64,000 bases of DNA from NCBI GenBank assembly GCA_963825055.1, contig CAWGSK010000013.1, positions 1 through 64,000 of the forward strand, written 5' to 3'. Positions 41,339-53,543 of this stretch are shown in pieces. This DNA is from an uncultured Gemmatimonadales bacterium. Lineage in GTDB: Bacteria > Gemmatimonadota > Gemmatimonadetes > Gemmatimonadales > GWC2-71-9. The first letter of the stretch is position 1, and the number at the start of each line of letters is the position of its first letter. A model generated the notes under the pieces. That model was not told the origin of the DNA, ran no database searches, and worked only from the letters and a program-made list of their open reading frames with translations. A program made the translations under genes and the position numbers.

Positions 41339-42612
41339 TCAAAGGCCACCTCTCCCCGCACGACCGTCCACACCACCCCGCCCTGCAGCTCGCTCCCTCC
41401 GAAGGGCGTGTTCCGGCTCCGGCTGAAGTGCCTGGCGGGATCCACCGTCCACCTCGCGTCCGGATCGAAGACCACGACATCCCCGACCGAGCCGGGCGCG
41501 AGGGTGCCCCCCGGGAGATGGAAGATCTTCGCGGGAACGACACTCATGATTTCGATGAGGCGCGGGATGTCGATCAGTCCGGTCGCGACGAGATGCGTCA
41601 TGGCCAGCCCGAAAGCGGTCTCGAGCCCCGTGATTCCGTTCGGGGCGTTGTCGAACTCGCGCTCCTTCGCATCGTAGTGATGCGGCGCGTGGTCCGTGGC
41701 GATCACGTCGATGGTGCCGTCCCGGAGCGCCTCGCGGATGGCATCACGGTCCGCGGCTTCCCGCAGCGGCGGATTCATCTTCGCGTTGGTGTCGTAGTTC
41801 TCGCATCGCTCGTGCGTGAGCGAGAAGTGGTGCGGGGTGGCTTCCGCGGTGACGTTGAGCCCCTTCTCCTTCGCCCGGCGGATGAGTTCGACCGACCCGC
41901 GGGTGGACATGTGGCAGAGGTGGACGTGCCCGCCGGTCAGTTCGGCCAGGATGATGTCCCGGGCCACCATGATCTCCTCGGCAGCCGCTGGAATTCCCTT
42001 GAGCCCGAGTCGCGCGGACACCGCGCCCTCGTGCATCACGCCGCCCTCGGCGAGGCTCATCTCTTCACAGTGATCGGCCACCGGAATCCCGAAGGTACGC
42101 GCGTATTCGAGCGCGGTCCGCATCATGTGGCTGGACGACACGGGGTGCCCGTCGTCACTGACCGCGACCGCCCCTGCCCCGACCATTTCACCGAACTCGG
42201 CCAGCGTCTCACCCTTCTGTCCCAGGGTCACCGCGCCGATCGGGTAGACCCGGGCGCGGCCGGCGCGCTGCGCCTGCCGGACAATGAAGCCGACGGCGGC
42301 CTGGTTGTCGGTGACCGGATCCGTGTTGGGCATGGCACAGATGCCGGTGAAGCCCCCGGCCACGGCTGCCATGGCCCCGGTGGCCACGGTCTCGATATCC
42401 TCCTGCCCTGGCTCCCTCAGGTGCACGTGCAGGTCCACGAACCCCGGCGAGACCACGAGGCCACCGCACTCGAGCACCGTGACGCCGTCGGGCCGGCCCA
42501 GGTCTCGCCCGACGCCCTGGACCCGGCCCTCACGCAGGTAGACGTCGGTCACTTCGTCCATCCCCCGGGAGGGGTCCACCACCCGGCCACCCGTCAGGAT
42601 CAGTCCGCTCAC
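41317..42612 (-). CDS. pyrC: Dihydroorotase
   Basis: [34 protein letters not shown]. Confidence 0.95.
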   Translation of the reverse strand: MSGLILTGGRVVDPSRGMDEVTDVYLREGRVQGVGRDLGRPDGVTVLECGGLVVSPGFVDLHVHLREPGQEDIETVATGAMAAVAGGFTGICAMPNTDPVTDNQAAVGFIVRQAQRAGRARVYPIGAVTLGQKGETLAEFGEMVGAGAVAVSDDGHPVSSSHMMRTALEYARTFGIPVADHCEEMSLAEGGVMHEGAVSARLGLKGIPAAAEEIMVARDIILAELTGGHVHLCHMSTRGSVELIRRAKEKGLNVTAEATPHHFSLTHERCENYDTNAKMNPPLREAADRDAIREALRDGTIDVIATDHAPHHYDAKEREFDNAPNGITGLETAFGLAMTHLVATGLIDIPRLIEIMSVVPAKIFHLPGGTLAPGSVGDVVVFDPDARWTVDPARHFSRSRNTPFGGSELQGGVVWTVVRGEVAFEGSGGRE

Positions 42613-43571
42613 CGCTCGCCTCCATCGCCGGCCGAGGCCCAGTCCGGGGAGCCGCCCGCCAGCAGGTACAGGACCGCCATCCGCACGGCAACTCCGTTGG
42701 TCACCTGCTGCAGGATGACGCTGTGGGGGCCGTCGGCCACGTCGCTGTCAATCTCTACCCCGCGATTCATCGGGCCCGGATGGAGGATGAGCAGGTCGCG
42801 GGGGGCGCGTTCGAGCCGTTCCCGGGTCACGCCGAAGACGCGGTTGTACTCGCGCAGGCTCGGGATGAACCCGGCGGTCATCCGTTCGAGCTGGAGGCGG
42901 AGGATGTTCAGCGCATCGGCCCAGTCGATCGCGTCCTCGATGTGGGGGATCACCGTGACGCCCAGCTCCTCGACGTTCCGCGGCAGGAGGGTCGCCGGTC
43001 CGCAGACCGCGACCTCGGCGCCCAGCTTGGTCAGCCCCCAGATGTTGCTCCGCGCCACCCGGCTGTGCAGCACGTCCCCGCAGATGGCCACCTTGAGCCC
43101 CTCGATCTTCCCGAACTTGTCGCGGAGCGTGAGGATATCGAGCAGGCCCTGCGTCGGATGTTCGTGCTTTCCGTCCCCGGCGTTGACCACGTTGGAGCGG
43201 ATCCGGTCGCCCAGGAACTTCGCCGCACCGCTCGACCCGTGGCGGATCACGACCATGTCGATCCGCATCGCCTCGAGGTTCCGCGCCGTATCCACCAGCG
43301 TCTCGCCCTTGCTCACCGAGGAGCCGGTCGACGCGACGTTGACCGTGTCGGCCGAGAGGCGCTTCTCCGCGAACTCGAACGAGATGCGCGTGCGCGTGCT
43401 GGCTTCGAAGAAGAGATTGACGATGGTCTTGCCGCGGAGCGCCGGCACCTTCTTGATGGGCCGCTCGCTCACTTCCTTGAATGGCTCGGCGGTGTCCAGG
43501 ATCAGGCGGATCTGGTCGGCGGAGAGGGGTGCCAGCCCGATCAGGTCCTTGCCGAGGCTGAGGTCCGCCAT
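42609..43571 (-). CDS. pyrB: Aspartate carbamoyltransferase catalytic subunit
   Basis: [27 protein letters not shown]. Confidence 0.96.
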   Translation of the reverse strand: MADLSLGKDLIGLAPLSADQIRLILDTAEPFKEVSERPIKKVPALRGKTIVNLFFEASTRTRISFEFAEKRLSADTVNVASTGSSVSKGETLVDTARNLEAMRIDMVVIRHGSSGAAKFLGDRIRSNVVNAGDGKHEHPTQGLLDILTLRDKFGKIEGLKVAICGDVLHSRVARSNIWGLTKLGAEVAVCGPATLLPRNVEELGVTVIPHIEDAIDWADALNILRLQLERMTAGFIPSLREYNRVFGVTRERLERAPRDLLILHPGPMNRGVEIDSDVADGPHSVILQQVTNGVAVRMAVLYLLAGGSPDWASAGDGGER

Positions 43572-43573
43572 GC

Positions 43574-44116
43574 TCACGGCCCCCGGAGCAGGTCGACGGC
43601 GTCCTGGCCGTCGAGTTCGGAGACTTTCACGTCCACCCGGTCTTCCGGGCCGGTGTCGACCCGGGTGCCCACGATGTCCGGATGGATCGGCAGCTCTCGT
43701 CCACCGCGATCCACCAGGACGCAGAGCAGGATCCGGCGGGGGCGGCCGAAGTCGGCGAACTCGTCCAGCGCGGCCCGGATGGTGCGGCCGGTGTAGAGGA
43801 CGTCGTCCACGATGACCACCGTACGGCCGTCGAGGTCCTTCGGCAGGCTGGTCTCGCCCACGATGGGCCGGGGGCCGATGGCCTGGAGGTCGTCCCGGTA
43901 GAGGGTGATGTCCAGCTTGCCCAGTGGAACGGTCACGCCTTCCATCTCGGCAATGTGGCGGGCGAGGCGCTCGGCGAGCTCGACCCCCCGGCGCTGGATA
44001 CCGACCAGCAGCAGGCCCTCGGTGCCCTGGCACCGTTCGACAATTTCGGAAGCCATGCGGGTGAGTGCGCGCTCCATGGCGCGCGGGTCAAGCAGGGAAA
44101 AGCGGGTGGGCGTCAC
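43574..44116 (-). CDS. pyrR: Bifunctional pyr regulator / uracil phosphoribosyltransferase
   Basis: [28 protein letters not shown]. Confidence 0.95.
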   Translation of the reverse strand: MTPTRFSLLDPRAMERALTRMASEIVERCQGTEGLLLVGIQRRGVELAERLARHIAEMEGVTVPLGKLDITLYRDDLQAIGPRPIVGETSLPKDLDGRTVVIVDDVLYTGRTIRAALDEFADFGRPRRILLCVLVDRGGRELPIHPDIVGTRVDTGPEDRVDVKVSELDGQDAVDLLRGP

Positions 44117-44124
44117 GAGGCGGG

Positions 44125-44153
44125 AAGGTAGCGCGGGAAGCAGAGTGAGGCAA
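44125..44153 (-). promoter_or_regulatory. Putative promoter directly upstream of pyrR
   Basis: TTGCCT-17-TACCTT-8nt-GTG. Confidence 0.5.
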
Positions 44154-44170
44154 TGGCGGGCGGACAGACC

Positions 44171-44290
44171 TCAACCCGTTGAGTCGTTGAATCGTTGAGT
44201 CGCCGCACCGACCGTCGGTCCGCCCGTCCGCCCGACCGCCCTCTTCCCGTCCGCCCTGTCCGTCCGACCGCCTGACCGCCTGACCGCCAC
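44171..44290. repeat. 8-mer repeat stack (CGTTGART)x3 and (CCGCCYGW)n within the msrQ 3' end
   Basis: cgttgagt cgttgaat cgttgagt; ccgcccgt ccgcccga; ccgcctga ccgcctga. Confidence 0.8.
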
Positions 44291-44867
44291 CACCCTGCTC
44301 CCCAGAATGACGAGCAGGATGGCCCCATACGTCACTGGCTCGCTCACATCCTTCTTCACCAGCCAGTAGAAATGCAGCACGCCGAGGATCGCGATCGGGT
44401 AGATGAGCCGGTGCAGCCGGTTCCAGCGGGCCCCGCCGAGTCGGCGGATCCAGCCGCGCGTGCTGGTGAGGGCGAGCGGGATCAGCAGCACGAAGGCAAG
44501 GAAGCCGACCAGGACCCAGGGATGCTCCACCACATCCTCGCCGACGGCGACGGGGTCGAGCTGCTGGTCGAAGACGAAGTAGCTGAATGCGTGAAGAGTC
44601 GCGTAGAAGAACGCGAACAGGCCGGCGAGACGGCGGAAGCGGATGAGGGGGTTCCAGCCGGTCAGCCGGCGCAGCGGCGTGATCGACAGGGTGATGAGCA
44701 GCAGGATCAGCGTCGCCAGGCCCGTGCGGTGCTGGATTTCCTCGACGGGATCGTCCGCCACGAAACTCCCGCTCATGATCCGGTAGACGAGGATCGCGAG
44801 GGGGAGGAGCGCGGCCAGCCACGCCCCGACCTTGAGCCAGGGGACGAGCCGTGTCCCGCCGTGCCAT
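44171..44867 (-). CDS. msrQ: Methionine-sulfoxide reductase heme subunit (1-bp frameshift just after the start)
   Basis: HRTG, ITPLR, RRLAGL, LALTS, WNRLHRLIY, LHFYW; ATG overlaps msrP TGA. Confidence 0.88.
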
Positions 44868-45787
44868 CAGAAGTTCTTCCGGAGGTCCATCCCGGCGTAC
44901 AGCGACGCGACCTGGTCGGCGTAGCCGTTGAACATCAGGGTGTCGTGCCGGAAGAACTCGCCGATCCGCCGCTCCTTTGCCTGGCTCCAGCGGGGGTGGT
45001 CCACTTCGGGGTTCACGTTGGCGTAGAACCCATACTCATTGGGCGCGGCCACGTTCCAGGTATTCCGGGGCTGGGTCTCCATGAACCGGATCCGGACGAT
45101 CGACTTGCCACCCTTGAACCCGTACTTCCAGGGGCAGATGAGCCGGAGCGGGGCTCCGTTCTGGTTGGGCAGCGGCTTGCCGTACACGCCGGTCACCATC
45201 AGCGTCAGTGGATGCATCGCCTCGTCCATGCGGAGGCCTTCCACATAGGGCCACGGCAGGATGCCGCTCCGCTGGCCGGGCATCTGTTTCGGGTCGAGCA
45301 GCGTGGTGAACTCGACGTACTTCGCCTGGGACGTCGGCTCCAGGCGCCGGATCAGGTCACGGAGCGGGAAGCCGTTCCATGGCACCACCATGCTCCAGGC
45401 CTCAACGCAGCGATGCCGGTACACCCGCTCCTGGACCGTGAGTCCCCTGACCAGGTCCTCGAACGCCCACGTCTTCGGGGCAGCCACCGCGCCCGCCACT
45501 TCCACCGTCCAGGGCCGGGGCTTGAAATCCTGGGCGTTGGCCTTCGGGTCATCCTTGCCCGTGCCGAATTCGTAGTAGTTGTTGTAGCCCGTCACCGCCT
45601 CCCAGGGCGTGAGCTTGTCATCCGCCGGCGCCCGGCACGCGGCCAGCAGGGTGCCCGGCAGCAGCGTCCCGGCTGCCACGGCAGCGGCGGCAACCCCGGC
45701 CCGGGCCATGAACACGCGCCGGTTGACGTACAGGCTTTCGTCGGTGATCTCGGAGGTGGGAATCTCGGGCGGGCGTCGAATCAGCAT
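44867..45787 (-). CDS. msrP: Methionine-sulfoxide reductase catalytic subunit
   Basis: Tat-like [35 protein letters not shown]. Confidence 0.95.
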   Translation of the reverse strand: MLIRRPPEIPTSEITDESLYVNRRVFMARAGVAAAAVAAGTLLPGTLLAACRAPADDKLTPWEAVTGYNNYYEFGTGKDDPKANAQDFKPRPWTVEVAGAVAAPKTWAFEDLVRGLTVQERVYRHRCVEAWSMVVPWNGFPLRDLIRRLEPTSQAKYVEFTTLLDPKQMPGQRSGILPWPYVEGLRMDEAMHPLTLMVTGVYGKPLPNQNGAPLRLICPWKYGFKGGKSIVRIRFMETQPRNTWNVAAPNEYGFYANVNPEVDHPRWSQAKERRIGEFFRHDTLMFNGYADQVASLYAGMDLRKNF

Positions 45788-45870
45788 CGGCTGCTCCAGG
45801 CGTAGCTCATGGTCTGGTGTCCATGAAGTATACGCCGTGGAGCGAGGATTGGTTCCCTGGGACCGCAGGC

Positions 45871-45950
45871 AGTGGCGAGTGGCGAGTGGCGAGTGGAGCC
45901 AGGCAGAGTGCCACTTGCAACTTGCTGCTTGCCACTTGCCACTTGCCGCT
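45871..45950. repeat. Heptamer hairpin (AGTGGCG)x3+/(GCCACTT)n downstream of the tRNA
   Basis: same family as 17829-17889 and 24465. Confidence 0.88.
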
Positions 45951-45957
45951 GTATCCA

Positions 45958-46044
45958 CGGACAGGGTGGGATTCGAACCCACGAGCCCCGTGAAGGGCCA
46001 CACGCTTTCCAGGCGTGCGCCTTAAGCCACTCGGCCACCTGTCC
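45958..46044 (-). tRNA. tRNA-Ser(GGA)
   Basis: GGACAGG acceptor stem, anticodon arm cacgc-ctGGAaa-gcgtg, long variable arm, GTTCGAATCC; CCA not encoded. Confidence 0.96.
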
Positions 46045-46167
46045 CGGGGTGCTGCAAGGCGCTGAATTAACTACGGTTAGCCCCCTGTGGCAATAGGGCG
46101 GAGGCACCGGGACCACATTACCTTCCGGGGGACGCCCATCCGTTCCCGCGCACCGGAGCCCGCACCC

Positions 46168-47070
46168 GTGCAAGAGACCGTCAGGCAGTGGCTGGACAAT
46201 CCCACCGTGATCCGCGCCCTGGTCTCGCTGGCCGGTATCGTACTGGTCATCGTCATCGTGCGGCTCGTCCAGGGCTCCATCGGCCGCCACGTGAAGGGGA
46301 TGGAGGCACGCTACCGGATCCGCAAGATCGTCAAGTTCCTGGGCTATCTCGTGGCGTTCCTCGTCATTGCGACGGTGTACGCCAACCGCCTGAGCGGGTT
46401 CACGGTGGCCCTGGGCGTGGCAGGCGCCGGCGTGGCCTTCGCGCTCCAGGAGGTGATCGCGAGCGTGGCGGGCTGGGCGGCGGTGTCCTTCGGCGGCTTC
46501 TACAACCCGGGCGACCGGGTGCAGCTCGGCGGCATCCGTGGTGACGTGATCGACATCGGAATCCTCCGCACCACGCTGATGGAGTGCGGCGACTGGGTGG
46601 ATGGCGACCTGTACAACGGCCGGATCGTGCGGGTGGCGAACAGCTTCGTGTTCAAGGAACCGGTCTTCAACTACTCCGGCGAGTTTCCGTTCCTGTGGGA
46701 CGAGATCAAGGTGCCGATCAGCCACGGGAGCGACCGGGACGCCACGCAGAAGCTGCTGGAGGGTATCGCGGACGAAGTGGCCGGGGACTATGCCGATTTC
46801 GCGGAGAAGGGCTGGAAGGACCTCGTGCGGCGTTACCTCATCGAGGACGCACGCGTCCAGCCGATGGTTACGTACTCGGTCAACGAGAACTGGATCACGT
46901 ACGTGGTGCGCTATCCGGTGGACTACCGGAAGCGCCGCATCACGAAGCACGAGCTGTCCAGGCGGGTGATGGACGGCATCGATGCCAGCGACGACTCGAT
47001 CAGGCTGGCCTTCAGCACTCTCGCCATCACCGCCATGCCACCCCTGGACGTGCGTCGCCCGGAAGGCTGA
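46168..47070 (+). CDS. MscS family mechanosensitive channel
   Basis: GVAGAGVAFALQE, GDRVQLGG, GDVIDIG, PVFNYS. Confidence 0.92.
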   Translation: MQETVRQWLDNPTVIRALVSLAGIVLVIVIVRLVQGSIGRHVKGMEARYRIRKIVKFLGYLVAFLVIATVYANRLSGFTVALGVAGAGVAFALQEVIASVAGWAAVSFGGFYNPGDRVQLGGIRGDVIDIGILRTTLMECGDWVDGDLYNGRIVRVANSFVFKEPVFNYSGEFPFLWDEIKVPISHGSDRDATQKLLEGIADEVAGDYADFAEKGWKDLVRRYLIEDARVQPMVTYSVNENWITYVVRYPVDYRKRRITKHELSRRVMDGIDASDDSIRLAFSTLAITAMPPLDVRRPEG

Positions 47071-47076
47071 CCGGCC

Positions 47077-47418
47077 TCAGCCGGCGGCCGCCGCGGCCTG
47101 TTGCTGGCGCCGGAGGGCTTCCTGTGCCGCGACGGAACTGGACCCACTCCCGTCCGGCGCCCCCGCGCCGGCCAGGGAGACGATGCCGAGGCCCAGGCGC
47201 GGCATCTTGTTCCGCCAGAGCTCCGATCCGGTTGTCGGATCGAGGCAGAACACCTCGCCCTGTGTGGCGGCGTACACCTTCCCGTCGTCCAGCACCACCG
47301 ACACGAACGATCCCCCCTTGAGCTTCGTGCGCCAGAGTTCCGCGCCGGTGCTCTTGTCGATGGCCACGACGTGGCCCCGGACACCGGCGAACAGGGTGCT
47401 GCTCGAAATGGTTGCCAT
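47077..47418 (-). CDS. Small PQQ-like beta-propeller repeat protein
   Basis: VAIDKSTGAELWR and CLDPTTGSELWR blades. Confidence 0.8.
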   Translation of the reverse strand: MATISSSTLFAGVRGHVVAIDKSTGAELWRTKLKGGSFVSVVLDDGKVYAATQGEVFCLDPTTGSELWRNKMPRLGLGIVSLAGAGAPDGSGSSSVAAQEALRRQQQAAAAAG

Positions 47419-47422
47419 GAGT

Positions 47423-47643
47423 CTACCTGCCGGGCGAGTCGCTCCGGCGTCCCACGAGGACGGCGGCCCCGAGGAGCCCGGTGGCGAGGAAGAGAAGTGA
47501 CGAGGGGTTCTGTCCCGCGTCAGGTGCAGGACAGAAGCCGAGCGTGACGCAGTCGGGAGCCCCGGTCGCCGGGGCGGGCGCGGCCTGGGCCCCCGCTGCC
47601 ACGGGCAGCGCCAGCAGGAGCGCCGTGGCCAGCACCGTGCGGA

Positions 47644-47647
<4 letters not shown>
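47423..47647 (-). CDS. Small exported protein with PEP-CTERM-like tail
   Basis: signal AGA-Q; QNPSSLLFLATGLLGAAVLVGRR; ATGA overlap with fabF. Confidence 0.65.
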
Positions 47648-48885
<1,238 letters not shown>

Positions 48886-49125
48886 CTACTTCTCGATCTT
48901 TTCGTTCAGGTACTTCAGCGCATCACCGACGGTCCGGAGCTTTTCGGCTTCCTCGTCCGGGATGTCGATGTCGAATTCCTTCTCGAACGCCATCACGAGC
49001 TCGACGGTGTCCAGGCTGTCGGCGCCAAGATCCTCCATGAAGCTGGCATCATCCGTCAGCTTCTCGCGCTCGACACCCAGTTCCTCGACGATGATGTCCT
49101 TAACCTTTTCTACGATCTCGCTCAT
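48886..49125 (-). CDS. acpP: Acyl carrier protein
   Basis: [14 protein letters not shown]. Confidence 0.97.
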   Translation of the reverse strand: MSEIVEKVKDIIVEELGVEREKLTDDASFMEDLGADSLDTVELVMAFEKEFDIDIPDEEAEKLRTVGDALKYLNEKIEK

Positions 49126-49150
49126 GCTGTCCTCGAAAGGGAAATGGGAC

Positions 49151-49891
49151 TTAGAAAACCATGCCGCCGTCAACGACGATGACCTGACCGGTGATGTATG
49201 CCGCAAGGTCGGATGCCAGGAACGCCACGGCCCCAGCCACATCCTCTGGACGGCCCGGGCGCTCCAGCGCAACCCCCTGTAATAACGCGGCGCGCGCCTC
49301 CTCGGGCAAGCCACCGGTCATGTCGGTTTCGATGTAGCCCGGCGCCACGCAGTTGACCAGCACGTTCCGGCTGCCGTACTCCTTGGCAACCGACTTGCTG
49401 AAGCCGATGAGCCCGGCCTTGCTCGCCGCGTAATTCGCCTGTCCCTTGTTGCCGGTCAGGCCTACCACGCTGCTGATATTGATGATCCGCCCGCTGCGCC
49501 GCTTCATCATGCCCTTGAGGCAGAGCCGCGTGGTGTGGAACGCCGCCTTGAGGTTCGCGTCCATCACGGTGTCCCAGTCCTCCTCCGAGAGCCGGAGCAG
49601 GATGTTGTCCCGCGCGACGCCGGCGTTGTTCACCAGGATGTCCACCGGCCCGAGGGCGGCCTCCGCCTCCTTCAGGGCCCGCTCCACCTGGTCCGCATGG
49701 AGCACGTCGCAGCCGAACCCACGCGCGTCCTCCCCGAGTTCCGTCGCCACGGCCTCGGCCGTGGCCGCCTCCCGGCCCACGATCGCGACCTTCGCCCCGG
49801 CCTCGAGCAGGCGCACGGCGATTGCACGGCCGATGCCCCGGGTGCTGCCGGTGACGAACGCCGTGCGTCCGCTGAGGTCGATATTGATCAT
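49151..49891 (-). CDS. fabG: 3-oxoacyl-ACP reductase
   Basis: [17 protein letters not shown]. Confidence 0.95.
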   Translation of the reverse strand: MINIDLSGRTAFVTGSTRGIGRAIAVRLLEAGAKVAIVGREAATAEAVATELGEDARGFGCDVLHADQVERALKEAEAALGPVDILVNNAGVARDNILLRLSEEDWDTVMDANLKAAFHTTRLCLKGMMKRRSGRIINISSVVGLTGNKGQANYAASKAGLIGFSKSVAKEYGSRNVLVNCVAPGYIETDMTGGLPEEARAALLQGVALERPGRPEDVAGAVAFLASDLAAYITGQVIVVDGGMVF

Positions 49892-50814
49892 GAAAGGAAC
49901 CGCTCCACGTCATCCGCTGAAGACAGGGAGGTGCTCGTGAGCTCGGGCTCGATCCGCCGGAGCAGCCCCGCCAGGACCGTCCCGGGCCCCACCTCCACGA
50001 ACGTCGTGCCCGCCGGGGCCAGTTCCGCCGCGCGCCGCATGCTCGCCACCCACCGGACCGGCGCCGTCAGCTGCTCCGCGAGGAGCTGCCGGGCGTCTCC
50101 CGCCGAATAGACCGGCCCGGCCGTCGCATTCGCAATCACCGGGAAGGCCGGATCGGACCAGGAGACGCCGTCGAGCGCCTCGCGCAGTCCGGCCACGGCT
50201 GGGGCCATCAGGGGCGAATGGAAGGCGCCGCTGACCTTGAGCGGCAGTACCCGCTTCGCACCGCCGCCCTTGCACATCTCCCCCGCGCGTCCAACGGCGT
50301 CAGGGTCCCCGCTGATGACGGTCTGGTCCGGGGCGTTCAGGTTGGCAGCCACGGCCACCGATCCATCCCGCGAAGCCTGGGCACAGAACGCCTCGACTTC
50401 GCCACCCGGCAGGCCGAGCACCGCCGCCATGGTGCCGGGCCGGGCGTTGCCGGCCTCGAACATAAGCTCGCCCCGCCGGCGAACCAGCGCCGCGGCGTCC
50501 GTCGCCCGGAGCGAGCCCGCGGCCACGTAGGCGCTGTACTCGCCCAGGCTGTGCCCGGCGGCGGCCTCCACGGCACCGAGCCGCGGGCCTATCACGGACA
50601 GCACGGCCGCCGAGTGGGCGAGGATGGCCGGCTGGGCGTTGTGGGTCAGGGTCAGTTCGTCCTCCGGGCCTTCCCACATGAGCCGGGAGAGCGCCACGCC
50701 GAGGGCCTCGTCGATGGCCGCGAACGTGTCCCGTGCCTCCGGAAACCGCTCGGCCAGGTCGCGCCCCATTCCCACCTTCTGGGCGCCCTGCCCCGGGCAG
50801 AGCAGCACCGTCAC
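49888..50814 (-). CDS. fabD: ACP S-malonyltransferase
   Basis: PGQGAQ, GHSLGE, VSGAFHS. Confidence 0.96.
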   Translation of the reverse strand: MTVLLCPGQGAQKVGMGRDLAERFPEARDTFAAIDEALGVALSRLMWEGPEDELTLTHNAQPAILAHSAAVLSVIGPRLGAVEAAAGHSLGEYSAYVAAGSLRATDAAALVRRRGELMFEAGNARPGTMAAVLGLPGGEVEAFCAQASRDGSVAVAANLNAPDQTVISGDPDAVGRAGEMCKGGGAKRVLPLKVSGAFHSPLMAPAVAGLREALDGVSWSDPAFPVIANATAGPVYSAGDARQLLAEQLTAPVRWVASMRRAAELAPAGTTFVEVGPGTVLAGLLRRIEPELTSTSLSSADDVERFLS

Positions 50815-51812
50815 CAGCGAACCACCGTTGCGCCCCAGGTGAACCCGGCCCCGAAGGCAACCAGCAGCAGCAGCGAGCCCGGCGTGATCCGCCCCTCCTC
50901 GCGCGCCTGCGCGATGGCCAGCGGAATCGACGCGGAGCTCGTGTTGCCGTAGCGGTCCACGTTCACCAGCACCTTTTCCATGGGGAGGTTGGCGTGTTTC
51001 GCGGTGGCCTCGATGATGCGGATGTTGGCCTGGTGCGGCACGAGCAGGTCGATCTGGTCGGCGGTCACGCCGGCGCGCTCCAGTGCCTCGTCACAGGCCT
51101 GGGCCATGGTGCGGACCGCCGCCTTGAAGACCTCGCGTCCGGCCATCTTCATGAAATGCGAGCGTTCGGTGACCACCTTCTCGCTGATCGGATCGCTCGA
51201 GCCGCCGCCCGGACGGTAGAGGAGCGGCGCGAGCCGCCCGTCCGACCGGATGAACGTGGAGAGGACCCCGCGGCCATCGGTGGAGCCCTCGGCCTTCCGC
51301 CGGAGGATCGCCGCACCCGCGCCGTCCCCGAAGAGAATGGCCGTGGAGCGGTCGGTATAGTCGGTGATGGTGGAGAGCTTCTCCGCGCCAAGAACGAGCA
51401 CGTGCTCCGCCTGCCCCGACGCGATCAGCCCCTCACCAATGGTGAGGGCATACACGAAACCCGGGCAGGCGGCGCTGATGTCGAACGCCGCGGCCCGCTC
51501 CGCCCCCAGCAGGGCCTGCAGGTCGCACGCGGTGCTCGGCAGCAGCCGGTCCGGCGTGGCGGTGCCGAGGATGATCGCGTCCAGGTCCATCGGGCCGATG
51601 CCGGCCTCCGCCATGGCGCGCCCGGCGGCTTCCTGGCCCAGCATCGCGACGGACTGGTCCGGCCCGGCGATGTGGCGCTCCCGGATGCCGGTCCGCTCGA
51701 GGATCCATGCGTCGGACGTATCGAGAATCTTCTCGAAGTCCGCGTTGGTCATCACTCGCTCGGGGACGGCCACGCCGAGCCCCGCGATCTCCGCAAAGGG
51801 GCGCTGGATCAT
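50811..51812 (-). CDS. fabH: Beta-ketoacyl-ACP synthase III
   Basis: AACPGF, HQAN, GNTSSAS, FGAGFTWG. Confidence 0.96.
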   Translation of the reverse strand: MIQRPFAEIAGLGVAVPERVMTNADFEKILDTSDAWILERTGIRERHIAGPDQSVAMLGQEAAGRAMAEAGIGPMDLDAIILGTATPDRLLPSTACDLQALLGAERAAAFDISAACPGFVYALTIGEGLIASGQAEHVLVLGAEKLSTITDYTDRSTAILFGDGAGAAILRRKAEGSTDGRGVLSTFIRSDGRLAPLLYRPGGGSSDPISEKVVTERSHFMKMAGREVFKAAVRTMAQACDEALERAGVTADQIDLLVPHQANIRIIEATAKHANLPMEKVLVNVDRYGNTSSASIPLAIAQAREEGRITPGSLLLLVAFGAGFTWGATVVRW

Positions 51813-52822
51813 GCCTCGGTCCCGATCTTGGCGTTGGAGAATTCGCTGCGGATGTGGGAGGAGAGTCCGGTCTCCACGGCCTGCACGGCCACGCGGATGG
51901 CGTTCTTGACCGCATTCGGCGTGGATGAGCCATGGCAGATGATACAGACGCCCTGCACGCCAAGCAGCGGCGCGCCACCGTACTGGGAATAGTCCAGGAT
52001 GCGGAACACCTTCCGCACATCCTGGCGCTCCAGCACTTCCGGCGCCTCACGGCGCACGAGCTTGAGGATCAGCCGCGCGACGGACTCGTAGAACTTGAGG
52101 ACGATGTTGCCGACGAAGCCGTCGGTCACCACCACGTCCACCTGTCCGTATTTCGAGTGTCCGGCCAGGATGTCCCGGCCCTCGATGTTGCCGATGTAGT
52201 TGAGCGAGGGATCAGCCTTGAGGAGGCGGTGCGCCTCCTTGACGATGGCGTTCCCCTTCTCGTCTTCCTCGCCGATGTTGAGCAGGCCCACCGAGGGGCG
52301 GGGCTTGGCGAGAATATCCCGGACGTAGACCGTCCCGAGCCGCGCGAACCCCACCAGCTCGCGGGCCGAGCAGTCGACGTTGGCCCCCCCGTCAAGGACG
52401 AGGGCCGGTTCGGTGGCGGTGGGAAAGAGGGTGGCAACGGTCGCCCGCTCGACGCCGTCGTGCAGACCGAGGAGGATCGTGCTGCCCGCAAGCATCGCAC
52501 CGGTGTTCCCTGCCGACACGAAAGCGTCGGACTCGCCCGTCTTCTGAAGGGTCAGCCCGACGACCATGCTCGAGTTCGGCTTGCGACGGATGGCCTGGAG
52601 GGGTTTGTCCTCCATGGTGACCACATCGGTCGCCTCCCGGATCTCGATCCGCGAACGGTCGAGGTCGGGATAGCGGGCGAGTTCAACCTCGACGCGCTCG
52701 GGCGACCCAACCAGCTGGATGAGGAACCCCGGTGGGAGATCCCGCAGTGCGAGCGCGGCGCCGTCGACTTCCACCTGTGGCGCGCTGTCGCTGCCCATGG
52801 CGTCCAGGGCGACCCGGATCAC
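51809..52822 (-). CDS. plsX: Phosphate acyltransferase
   Basis: ALDAMG, SAGNTGA, DGFVGN, GGAPLLG, HGSS. Confidence 0.96.
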   Translation of the reverse strand: MIRVALDAMGSDSAPQVEVDGAALALRDLPPGFLIQLVGSPERVEVELARYPDLDRSRIEIREATDVVTMEDKPLQAIRRKPNSSMVVGLTLQKTGESDAFVSAGNTGAMLAGSTILLGLHDGVERATVATLFPTATEPALVLDGGANVDCSARELVGFARLGTVYVRDILAKPRPSVGLLNIGEEDEKGNAIVKEAHRLLKADPSLNYIGNIEGRDILAGHSKYGQVDVVVTDGFVGNIVLKFYESVARLILKLVRREAPEVLERQDVRKVFRILDYSQYGGAPLLGVQGVCIICHGSSTPNAVKNAIRVAVQAVETGLSSHIRSEFSNAKIGTEA

Positions 52823-52824
52823 CC

Positions 52825-53007
52825 CTATTCGTCCTCAACCTCGATCATCTTCTTCCCGCGATAGTACCCGCAGGTCCCGCAGACACGATGCGGAAGCTTG
52901 GGGGAACTGCAGCGCGGGCAGGGCTGAGTGGCCATGCTGGGCGCGGCGTGATTCCCACGCCGGGAGCGCTTGCGCGCCTTGGATGTCCGTCTCTTCGGTA
53001 CCGCCAT
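52825..53007 (-). CDS. rpmF: 50S ribosomal protein L32
   Basis: MAVPKRRTSK, CxxC..HRVCxxCGYY. Confidence 0.97.
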   Translation of the reverse strand: MAVPKRRTSKARKRSRRGNHAAPSMATQPCPRCSSPKLPHRVCGTCGYYRGKKMIEVEDE

Positions 53008-53014
53008 GACGTCC

Positions 53015-53485
53015 TCAGGTTGAGTCGGCCGCAGCCGCGCATGCGCACGGTCCGGCGTTCAGGTCTGCCCCACAGCCGGCGCAGAGTCCGGCGCATGCTT
53101 CCCGGCAGAGCGGGAAGGCCGGCGCGGCGAGCGCCAGTTCCTCCCGGACCACCGGCCGAAGGTCGATCTCGCGCGTCCGCGCCGGCAGCGGATACACGCT
53201 CGGGTCATCCGCCATGTCCGGGTCCGAGCTGAACAGCACGTGTAACTCGGCGTCCAGCGGGACCGTCACCCCGGCCAGGCACCGCCGGCACGCGGTCAGC
53301 AGCATGCCCACCATCCGGCCATGCCAGAAGTACTCGCCCTCGGCGGCGGACTGGAGCCGCCCGGTGATCCGGAGCGGCTCCGCGAGACGCACCTCAAGCC
53401 CCTCGAGCGCAGGATCGCCGGGCGGAACCAGCGCATCGATCTCTACCGCCCCCTGGTCCAACTCCCGAATGTAAACCTCAAGCAT
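53015..53485 (-). CDS. DUF177 (YceD) domain protein
   Basis: CRRCL, LCREACAGLCAGCG; precedes rpmF. Confidence 0.92.
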   Translation of the reverse strand: MLEVYIRELDQGAVEIDALVPPGDPALEGLEVRLAEPLRITGRLQSAAEGEYFWHGRMVGMLLTACRRCLAGVTVPLDAELHVLFSSDPDMADDPSVYPLPARTREIDLRPVVREELALAAPAFPLCREACAGLCAGCGADLNAGPCACAAAADST

Positions 53486-53493
53486 AGCCCTTT

Positions 53494-53523
53494 AATTTAA
53501 CCGGGACAATCACTTGGGGTCAA
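53494..53523 (-). promoter_or_regulatory. Putative promoter of the DUF177-rpmF-fab operon
   Basis: TTGACC-18-TAAATT-8nt-ATG. Confidence 0.6.
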
Positions 53524-53543
53524 CGCAGGGCGCTCCCGCGGGC

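Noticed and set aside
44117..44170. PyrR-binding attenuator
   Set aside because: No PyrR loop consensus or terminator, and the promoter lies too close to the start codon.
44776..44869. MsrP-MsrQ fusion by UGA readthrough (msrP TGA is in frame with msrQ as written)
   Set aside because: TGATG coupling provides a normal start. Removing one G from cggcgggac gives MARRTRLVPWLK, so an indel error is more parsimonious.
45871..46044. Genomic island integrated at tRNA-Ser
   Set aside because: No integrase and no duplicated tRNA 3' end seen.
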